Part shown: piece by piece, positions 48,825 through 60,400 of the stretch
How positions within the stretch are numbered: position 1 is the first letter of the stretch
Layout of the letters: the number at the start of each line of letters is the position of its first letter
Assembly (NCBI GenBank): GCA_002633005.1
Contig: NMRA01000227.1
Location: 114,695 to 178,694 of the forward strand
Reading direction: 5' to 3'
Length of the DNA stretch: 64,000 nt
Source: Phoronis australis
Lineage: Eukaryota > Animalia > Phoronida
Translations under genes and position numbers: made by a program
Notes under the pieces: model-generated
Databases searched by the model: none
Told to the model about the DNA's origin: nothing
What the model saw: only the letters and a program-made list of their open reading frames with translations

Positions 48825-51800
48825 ATGGCAGACGATTTGTGGGACGTGTTGGTGATAGGTGCAGGAATTGAAGGGTCTGCTTCGGCGTACACTGCCGCCA
48901 AACGAGGGAATAAGACTTTGTTAATTGAACAGGTTAATTCTTTGGTGAAAACTATTTTTGTAGTCAAGGGTATGCGTTCAGACGTGAAAATTTTTCAGAG
49001 ACAGCAGCGCAGTACTTACTCGAGTCTGTATAGACTATAGAGTCATAGACTAGAGTTGGACGTCATAGACAGTGACCACCGTCCTACTGTCTGTGCCAGT
49101 AGGACGGTGGAGCTCCTATAGGCGCTTCATACACTGGAAGCTTTTCCGCAAATTATGCCTTGCTCCGACTAAAACATCAATTAAGTCACATTGTTACAAA
49201 TAAATACCTTGTACTGTAGTATAGTACTATAGTACTATAGTAGCCGAGATTACCCGACCCGGGAATCGAACCAGTGAACCCCATTCAGCTAATAGGCAAT
49301 TGGCCGTTAGCGAGTAGCTAACAGAGGCTCACATGATTCCCCGGAAGCACATCTACAACAACCTTTTGGTCACAACGGGACACCTTAGTCATAGGATAGC
49401 CTCGATGTATGTAAATTCCTTCCAACTCGAGCTGTCCCTCATTTCATTTAGCTCCCAATATCGGTAACTCACCATTTTTAACACCGCGCGTGCCAGGTGG
49501 TATTACGGGCGCGCAGTGTTTAAAATTGCGAGTTACCGATTTTTTAACTGAATGAGGGACTGCTCGAAGAACAAGTTTGGTAACGAGAGTATTTGTTCGA
49601 GCTGGAAGGAATTAAATACATCGACGGCCTCCTAAGGTGTCCCTCTATGCACAAAAGGTATTTATAACAATGTAGCATTGATGTTTTAGTGAGTTCAAGG
49701 CATAATTTGCCAAAAATCTTCTGGCGTATGAAGCGCCTATAGAAGCTTAATTTTTACTGTCTTTACTGCGGAGCCAGTAGAGACAGTGGTCACTGTCTAG
49801 AGTTGGACATTGATACCGTCTCTAACTGGCCGGAGGACAGTAGAGGGGGCCCAGCTTCTGTAGCTTTTCGGAGAATTATACCTGACACACTGAGTAAAAC
49901 ATCATAGTCATGTTGTTATATACCAAGCCAATCATTTGTAGGCTGTGCAGCTGAAACTTTCGATATTTTGTCATTCAAGAACCCGGGGATCACTATTGGT
50001 GCTCACAGGCATGTACTAAAACTTGCTGATAGACTCCCTATTGTGGTTGCCAGGTCTAACTTCCAACTCCTTTTGCAGGATTGTCTTTAATGCCTCACCC
50101 TGGCTATTGGAATCTACTTCGGTCCCACCAGAACTCGTCTACCCACAATTTTTTGTACAAACCTATAGGCACCTTGTGAATATGAGTGACCCCCCGGTTC
50201 AAGAGCTAGGATTCTCAATTGTCTTTTGCTAGTTGTTACCACCAAATTTTGCCTGATGTAAATATACAAACACAATCAGTCCTGTATGAATCCTATTCAT
50301 CAAAAATGGATTTTTTTGTGTCATTGGGCCAAAATTAATTTGGGGTATGCTAGCCTCTGCTTGCACATACCAGTACTCTGTTTATCTGAAGTTGAAATGA
50401 TGTGAATAAATTTCATTAAAATTCCGCAGACACCAGTCATTTGTTTACTTCTCTGCAAAGTCCACTGAAGCTGCTGATTAACCGAAAGATACGTAAATTG
50501 GTAAGACAATCAACTCTTGGAAGCACAATAAATGTTGTTCTAAGCTCCTGAATACTAACATGATATTTTTCCTCTAGTTTATTTTGCCTCACTCAAGAGG
50601 AAGCTCCCATGGTGCAACACGAATTACTCGGAAAATGTACGACCATGATGTGTTTGTTGCAATGATGAAAGAGGCTTATCCATTGTGGTCTAAACTAGAG
50701 AAGGAAAACGACACCCAGTTATACAAGTACGTTTTGTTTGTGATGGACATAGTTAATTAAAAGCTGAGCTACTCATGTAGCAAAATGTCTACTCTTGACT
50801 TCAGTCTTTTGTTTGATTTTCCCTGTACAGGTCACATTTTCGTTCTATTTAGATGAAAGTTGCGCACGTCACATGACATAAATGTGTTAAATATATCTTT
50901 AACCCGTCGTAATTCAGCTTTTTGTTATTCTTGCACTCTTTTGTGACACTCTGCTCCGTTTGTGATACCCCACTTTGTGCATTAGACAGAATTTTGTGGA
51001 ATTCACTGATGGTAGTTTCATTTTGACTTTTTTCTGTAGTCTGTAGAGCATAGTGTAGCATCGTGTAATGTGAATGTGTCCGAAATGTATGCATTCATCA
51101 ATGGGTTCCAGAGAACTGGAACATAATGCATCTATTTCAGTTAATTTTATATTTTTGAGATGAAAACTATTCTAACTTATTTTTTGCGAGGAATTCAGTT
51201 GCAGATGATAAACTGTGTAAGACATCAGATAGTAGTTGTGACGTACTGATACTGGAGCTAGTGCCAAAAAAATGGGATGACTTTGCATAATCATCAGAAC
51301 TCTAGCCTTGGAATGAAGCAGTGTCTATAAAGCTAATACATTTATGACACACAGATTAGAACTGCAGTTAAGCTGACAAAAGTAATAATCATATCATATA
51401 CTATTAATACATTTTCGATAATTCAACAGAAATGTGAGCATGTTGGCTGTCATCAGCAACTGTTGAATGATGTCCTGAAGAAAAATTTGAGTAGTTCCAT
51501 GTGAGCCAAAACTGTTGCTTCAGTTATTTTTTTATTTCATGAATAGTTTTTTTTATTATATGAGTTCATGAGTTGCTAACTTTTTGTCCTAAAGCGTGCT
51601 TTTTTAGACTCCATTTCACTTACTTACATGTATTTTCAGGGAGACTGGGATCGTTGGTTTTGATGGGGAACCCTATACAACCTTGAAGTCAAACATTGCT
51701 TCCTTTAAAAAGCACAGTCTTCCTTACAAAGAATTGTCTAGTGACCAACTCAAGAGAGATTACCCTATGTTGCGCCTTTCACCGGATGTCACAGGATTTT

Positions 51801-54800
51801 TTGATGCTAGTGGAGGAACTCTCAAGGCTAACAAGGCTCTTGTGTGCTACCAGGTTGAATTTTCCATTTAATTCTCCTTTAAATGTAGACTATGTACAAA
51901 CCAATCTTCTTATCTAGTAGCTCTACAGTACGATCGGGAACACCTTGGGCATTGCCTCCAATTTTTTGTCATTGGTGTTTCATATCTGTCTGTGTAATGC
52001 ACCCAGATACTCTGTGACACTGACTTACTGTATGAGGTAGCAGGTCTTTATGAGGTAGGTAATGATGCTGCGTGTGACTTGAGATCTGCTAGACATGATT
52101 TTTATAAATATGTGGACGCATTATGCCGCCATCTCTGTCCATCCGGCGTCCGTCTGTCTGGCGTCCGCTGCTCTATCTCCAAAACGCTGTGATGTATGTT
52201 CATGAAATTTTGCACATGTGTTCTTTCTGTGGATGGGATGGCATGAGCGAACTTTCGGACTTATCTGACTACCCGTGTGCCCCCTAGTGGCAATTTTAGT
52301 TTTTTACGTTTACCTCAGTCTGTATCTTCAAAAGCTCTGAATGGATTTTCAAAAAATGTGGTATATAGTCACCTATTAGGAAGACGACGCTATTCTCCCG
52401 TTTTCGGATGGATTAGACGAGTTTGACTACTGTGGCACCTCCTAGTGGCAGTTTTGTTTTTGTGCTTATGGCTGTATCTCCTAAATCGTTTGCAAGATCT
52501 TTACTTAATTTAGCAAGTTTATTAGTGTGATGTTGGCAATGGACGACTGCGACTTTGTGACGGATTTGAGTACTGGTGTGCCCCTTAGTGGCAATTTTAG
52601 TTTTTTTACGTTTACCAGTCTGTATCTTCAAAGGTACCCAACAGATTTTCATAAAATTTTGAATATAGGCATCTATTGGTGAGATGACGTTATCATCCTG
52701 TTTTTGGATGGAATCGAGGTATTTTACGTCACCTTGTGGTCATTTTTGGTGTTTTCAAATCTTATTTTTGGCATACACCCTTCCATCAACCAAATTATTG
52801 TGGGGGATGGTGTTGAACATTGGCGTATATGTTTTTAGCGTGAAGAGGATGTTTTATGATGGCAACTGACTACTGTGGCGCGTCCTGGTGGTGGTTTTGC
52901 GCTCACAGCTGTATCTTCAAAACCCACTGCAAGATCTTTATTAAATTTAGTAAGTTTATTTACATGGAGATATCAGACGAGTTTCAGGCTGATCGAGCGG
53001 TCGCTGTGCCCACAAGTGGCAATTTCGTTTTTTCTGTTTTCCTTTGTTTCTCTGAAGTTCCTTGACAGATTTTTATGAAATATGGCATGTGCCCGTTTTC
53101 GGATGGATTGTACATTTTTGCGCCATCTAGTGGCCATTTTTATGATACAAATAAATAACCCTAAAAGCACACCATTTGGGATGCATTCGTGGGCGCATTG
53201 CTCTTGTTATGTGTCTCTGGTATGACCGAATCCTTTTTCTTGTTATTAAAGTTTACGTTGATGGAGATATGGAACTCCTCCAAGGCGAAATTTGACGCGA
53301 GCAAAATATCAGATGGTTTTCTATTTGGTGGTTAGCCGTGGTTACCACTAGAGATGTTGCCCAGTTGATCCTTGTTATGATGAATTTACTGATTGTTGAT
53401 CTAGATTTCTTATAAGTTCTTGATATTAAGCATACATGTTGAATAGTTAGGCAGCTGGTTGAAATGAATTTAAGAAGAATTGCACATTAATAGCCAATTA
53501 ACAGCTCATGACTCTGAGGGTTGTTCAGTTGGTATAACTATTGACAACCAGCCATTTTCTAAATGATTTTCGTCTGCAGAGTATGTTCAAGAAATTTGGC
53601 GGACTACTTCGGGATGGTGAAAAAGTGATGGACATTTCACCCGGCCACATAGTGACAGTGAAGACCAATAAAGGCCAATACAGGACCAAATCACTCATCA
53701 TCACCAGTGGAGCCTGGGCCAACAACCTGTTAAGACCTCTTCAATTTAACCTGCCTCTCAACGTATACATGTTGAATTGTCTTAGAAACTGTTAATTTGA
53801 AAAATAATTCTTCATGGATTGTAGAAAAGTGCACACAGCGTACCTCAAAATCATGGGCATAGTAGTAGCATCATGAAGTAGTAGGTTGTGTTCTGTCACA
53901 TCCTGTATATTATAGTTGGCTGACGTGGTGTGTGGAGTTGTTATATGGCTGTGAAATACATAGACTCTACTAAATCATTAATTTGAAAATGATAAGTTAT
54001 GATGTCAAACCATTTTTAAAAACTGTTTACTAATAGCTAAGTGTACTTGTCCATATGTATTTTACGAGGATTGAGTTTATTGTTTTGTTTGTATTATTTT
54101 CAAAAGTAATGACTTCAGGGGAGTTTTCAGGAATGTCTTCTCAATTTGAAGGTGCACATTACAAAGAAAATCTTTCATTGAGACTTTTAAAGTTATTTTA
54201 TGTGTAACATTCTTTATTTTCCTTCAGCCCCTCAGCATAAATGTTTGCTATTGGAGGGTCAAGGATGGTGAGAAGAGTTTTCCACATGCCTTTATATCAC
54301 ATGTTCCTACTCCGTGGCGTCATGTGACTGGGGAAACAGCGTGTCACATCTATGGCCTCCCTGCTGATGAGTACCCTAATTGTGTGAAGGTATGCATGTT
54401 TTAGTAGGCCCTCTTTAGGGGTACATATATATTATTGAACAAGTTTCTATTCTTAAAAGAAAATCTTTGTCAACCACTCACCTTAACAGATATGAAATTA
54501 ATCTCAATTTGTTCCTTATTCATTTTTTGCGCCCACATATTTATATGTGGACGCATTATGCCGTCATCTCTGTCCGTCCGGGCGGCGTCCGGCGTCCGCT
54601 GCTCTATCTCCAAAACCCTTTGACTTACGTTCATGAAATTTGGCACATATGTTCCATTCATGAATGGGACGGCATGTGCGAACTTTCGGACGGATCCGAC
54701 TACCGGTGTGTCCCCTATTGGCAATTTTAGTTTTTTACGCTTACCTTTGTATCTTCAAAAGTCCTGAACGGATTTTCATGAAATTTGGTATGTAGGCACC

Positions 54801-57359
54801 TACTAGTGAGATAACGCTATCCTGCCGTTTTCAGATGGATTCGACATAGTTTGCACCACCTAGTGGCCATTTTCAGNNNNNNNNNNNNNNNNNNNNNNNN
54901 NNNNNNNNNNNNNNNNNNNNNNNNNNNNNNNNNNNNNNNNNNNNNNNNNNNNNNNNNNNNNNNNNNNNNNNNNNNNNNNNNNNNNNNNNNNNNNNNNNNN
55001 NNNNNNNNNNNNNNNNNNNNNNNNNNNNNNNNNNNNNNNNNNNNNNNNNNNNNNNNNNNNNNNNNNNNNNNNNNNNNNNNNNNNNNNNNNNNNNNNNNNN
55101 NNNNNNNNNNNNNNNNNNNNNNNNNNNNNNNNNNNNNNNNNNNNNNNNNNNNNNNNNNNNNNNNNNNNNNNNNNNNNNNNNNNNNNNNNNNNNNNNNNNN
55201 NNNNNNNNNNNNNNNNNNNNNNNNNNNNNNNNNNNNNNNNNNNNNNNNNNNNNNNNNNNNNNNNNNNNNNNNNNNNNNNNNNNNNNNNNNNNNNNNNNNN
55301 NNNNNNNNNNNNNNNNNNNNNNNNNNNNNNNNNNNNNNNNNNNNNNNNNNNNNNNNNNNNNNNNNNNNNNNNNNNNNNNNNNNNNNNNNNNNNNNNNNNN
55401 NNNNNNNNNNNNNNNNNNNNNNNNNNNNNNNNNNNNNNNNNNNNNNNNNNNNNNNNNNNNNNNNNNNNNNNTGCCTCTAGTGGCAATTTTAGTATTTTAC
55501 ATTGACCTCTGTATTTTCATAGGTCTTCAGGTGTATACTTTGTGTTACTTCGTGACTATGAAGGAAAAGTTCCAAGTAGAAATTTGTTTCTGGCATTCTA
55601 ATGCTGTGCTAATCTCGTATGTTGGTAAATTTGTTTTTAATTCTATGTTTCTGTGGTGCTTTAAGCAACTGATGTATAGGATGTGCTTGTATTGTGAAGA
55701 TTACTCACATTTTGCCTCTAGCCTATTGAGGAGACAATGACAATGCCTTTCCATTTTGCTAAGCCTACAACATACTACATATATGCCCTTTACTGGCCAC
55801 TTTATGGTACCAATAAACTACTCTAGAAGGATACCGTTTGCGGTGCAATTGTGGGCACATTTCAACGCTCTGTGTTGCTCTTGTCTGAATGGCTTACCTA
55901 AATAACTGTACATTCGACTCTAATTTGCTATGACTTTTTTCTCATTCGTGTCCTGTTTTATTAAAAGGTATTGATTTATTCACACCAGTCACTGACTTAT
56001 TTACATTGGCAGAACACATCTCTAAGAATGCTGTAAAACTTGAAATGTCTGTAGAAATGAAGGATTGAAACATGCCAATGAACTAAATAAGCTGGAGAGT
56101 GATGCAAATAGACCAGTAGACTAGTAGCGGTTTTAGGAAGTTATGTTGTAGCAAATTAGCAGTTTCCATTGTAAGTACTTAGTACGCATTCTTGGTTGGT
56201 GTCACAAGTCAGACTTAGTAGAAGGTGGGGTGCTTGTCTACCTTACATTCTAATGTGTTCATCAGCTGAACATTGGAGCGTAAGTTTAATCTTGGTGACC
56301 AATGTTTTGCACCTTTTTCACTATTTCAAAATGGTGCTGAGGTTGCAACACAGTGCTTAAAATTACAATTTTTTATCAAAAAACAAAAAAATGATCATGT
56401 GATGAACATTCCCTTAGAACAGGATCAGTTCTATCCACATTCTTTCAGGCTCAGCTTCTATAATGAGTTAGTGATGCAGTTAATCTGATTATAAGCCATG
56501 CAGGATACTATTTTCTAAAAAATAGCGGCCTGGTTTTTGTTGATAAAATTGTTATTACTTGACCAATTTAGAAGATTCAAGAACTCAAAAGTCTAATTTT
56601 TACTCTTCTTATAGTTTCCATTGGTTTTCATGTCCCAAAAAGAAAATGCAAAAATGGAGCCAGGATGCTGTTAAGCTCAGTCTATTCAGACATGATCTGA
56701 TAAAAAACAGTAATTGTCCTCACTATGTGATCTAGAGCGATGGAGTAACTTTATTAATAACTACCACCCTATTGTGACTGGAATGTGGATAGATCTGGTT
56801 CGGGTGACCACATGAAATTGGAGAAATTCACAAGATTTCTCCAAATTGATTCTTATCTCGTTTAAAAAAGATGTTTACAGCATAATGACCAGCTGTCATA
56901 TTGGAACATCCACAAACACTTTCTGTTGTTATGTTAATGTGCTGATCTTGAGGTGCGATCATTTGTTGGTATCAACATACTACGTGCTGTACAACCAATC
57001 ACAGGCACTAGTCAACCAATCACAGGCACTAGTCAACCAATCACAGGCACTAGTCAACCAATCACAGGCACTAGTCAACCAATCACAGGCACTAGTCATC
57101 CTCTATTGTATTCAGTGTAAAAAGTCGTTAGATATTGGTGTTCGTTTTCATTACAAGGAATGGCTAGGTGTTAATTGCATTTTCGGTGATTGTGACAATT
57201 TTTTGTTAATACATTTATTGCCCAGACAACATCACGTAGCCAGTCTGAGGTTGGGTGCCTCAGTTCTGGCTGTAACAAAAGTATATAATAGCGACTAATA
57301 GATATATAAGGAAATAAAATGTAGCTGGAAAGGGGAAAGGGGGAAGGACTTTCACGCGC

Positions 57360-57428
<69 letters not shown>

Positions 57429-60400
57429 TATTAAAATTATGTCTAGAGAAATTAGGTTCTATATAAATTCGTAAAAACATAAATACATATAAAAATAATA
57501 ATAACAGTACAACTTTGATGATTTCTAGAATACTAATTAAAAGCATGCGTGCAGACCTCTCCATTTATCCATATTTGTGTCCGAGGTATCTGTGTTTATA
57601 AAAGTTTGTAATTTCAACTTGAAATCCTTAAAAAGGAGAGGCTTTTTTACCTTTGATGTCTGATAAATGAAGTAAAGTGCAAGTGTATTAATGGTATTGC
57701 AAATTAATTTGTGGTTTGTATTAGGGTTTTGAATAGAATCTAATATGTCCCACATCGTAAACATGTGCTGGGTATTTAGGGCTTTATTTAAAAGTGTTTG
57801 CACTGATTCCCAGAAAGTCCTGACACATGTGCAATAATAAAACATATGAAATAGAGTCTGTAACTCATCACAATAGGGGCACTTATCAGTATAAACCACC
57901 CCTATTTTGTATAAAGTGATATTTGTAAATATTCTTCTATGGGTAAAGAGGTACCTGAAGTTTTTTTAATTCTGGATTTATTGGGAGGCTGAAGGGTAAA
58001 AAATAAATTTCTTTTTCGTTATAATAATTACTTAACCGCACATAAGTTTGGGGTTTTTGTGCAAAAGTATGTATAGTACAATTTTTAAACCAATCTTTAC
58101 TACAACTGCTATAATTAATTAAATGAAAGTTATTACAACCAATAGATCTTGGTTCTAGTTCACCAAGATGATTCCTCAATGCACTAACAACAACATTGTA
58201 TTGCAATATACAAAAATTCTTGAGATCGTATTTATTTTTGATAAAATCCCAACTAAGAATTTTATTTTCATTATCTAGAAAATCTTCAGAAAGTAAAAGT
58301 CCCACTTCAAACATTTCCCGACAAAATACGGATTTATTGCTAAGTAAAATGTTTTGATTGTTCCACAACACTTGTTTGTTAATAGGTATATTCTTAAAAA
58401 CTTTTATATTCAAAGACTCTAAGCTTTTCAGCGCTTCAGTATAAAAGAAATTGTTAATTGTCATTTTCAAATTTCTTAAACGGAAGTTTGAGAAGAAAAT
58501 AAGGCCACCACCCAGTTTAGTTAAAAGAGACTTGGGATAAAATTTCAAACTTCCATTTCCTCCTGAATTTAAACGTTTGACCAGTTGAACATGAGGCTAT
58601 TTTTAATTACTTGCACACTAGAATATTTCAACCCTCCTTCTTCATGTGGAAGTACAGTGACAGATTTCTTTATTCTTGGTGGCTTTCCACGTCCAAATAA
58701 AATCTCTAATTATTTCATCTATTTCTTTAATCCTATTTGTTGTAACTTCGATATTGGCTAAAACGTAAACCAACTTAGACAAACTGTAAGTTTTTACAAT
58801 ATGAATCCTCCCCGTGGTCGTAAAAAGTCTAGTTTTCCAAATATTTAATAGATCTTTTAATGTGACAATTAATTTTTGACCACACTGTGGCTCTTTTCAC
58901 TTTCCCGTGGGACATCGCGGAAGCGTGGATATGATACAAGTTTGTGCAAGAATTTTGTGTGTTGGTTAACATGACACAATGGTGCTGGGCACGTTTGTAT
59001 GTCACACTTGTGTCCATGGAGCTAAGAAACTTACAACTGAAACCAATTTTTTACATTGTCTTGTTTTTGAGATGTTGAATTCATGATTTTGATATGCAGT
59101 GCTATAAACGAAATATGTTTTATGATGCTGACAATGTAGTCACTTGTAAAACAAGGTAAACTGGTTTTAAGCACTTCAATAACTGTGCTTATGTTCTATA
59201 AAAGCACTTTTCATTGATTCAAATATTCCAACCCCAAAATACATTACCGTACAAGATAGATTTAAATGCGCGCTTCCAGGAGACAAATTATCAAATTTGT
59301 GCACAATGTTTCAAAGTTTTTATGCTATAATTGTGAAATTTGTCAGTGTTGATGATTGCCTTTTTCCCTTATTTTAGATTTGCTTGCACAGTGGATATGA
59401 GATCAATCCGGATGAGAGGGATGCTAACAGTCAAACAGGCGATATTGAAGTACTGCAAAAGTTTGTGCGTCAACAATTTCCCACCCTTGAGGATAAGCCG
59501 TGCATAGTTGAGCGTTGCATCTACACGGTGTGTTGCCATGACAATGCTACCAATATTGGTCATCATTAAAATTAACATATAAATTCTTTCTTACTCAAAT
59601 TTCGTAAACTAGTAAACTAAATATGATAAAATTATAAATCACAATAATAATGTCCATCACTTAAGTTAAACTGAAGCATATTTACAGTAACAGACAATGA
59701 TTTCAATGATGGTGTTGCATAGGGCTTTTCAATGAAATAAAATGACAAGAGAAAGATTACACTGACCAAGTAGTGGTTAGTTTTGTATGCACGGGCTGTG
59801 AACTTGAAAAGTGAGAGATACTGAAATTAACAAGTACAAATGAATGACCCAGAATTCCCCGTTATGCTGGCTGTATTAAAGCACAGTTCATTGTCAGAGT
59901 TGTCTCCCCTTATTATCAGAAGTGAAGGGGAATTAACGGGAATAGTAGTGTGGCTCAGTCATGTGTCTTTAGAAATTGTCCACCCTACATAAGCAATGTG
60001 TCTTTAGAACTTGTCCACCCTACACGAGCAATGTGCCTTTAGAACTTGTCCACCCTACACAAGCCATGTGTCTTTAGAACTTGTCCACCCAACATGAGCC
60101 ATGTGTCTTTAGAACTTGTCCACCCTACACAAGTCATTCTTACTGTTAGTATTGCAGTTAGTAATGCAGTTGGCAATGTTGCTGGGAAAACAATATTTTT
60201 ATTTGACTATTTCTGTGTTGTACTGTAACTCAAATAGATGTTGTATATCTGATTCACTTAAAGACTAATACCTCATGTATTGTGGACACAGTGTTACTCC
60301 TTGGTAAGTGTTTAAAAGTTTAAACTAGCATTTTCGTATTATTTCAGTTGACCCCTGATCACAACCCAGTGCTTGACCATCATCCAAGATGGAAGAACAT

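Noticed and set aside
56991-57097. CCAAT-box cluster as a promoter
   Set aside because: A simple minisatellite deep in an intron with no other promoter evidence.
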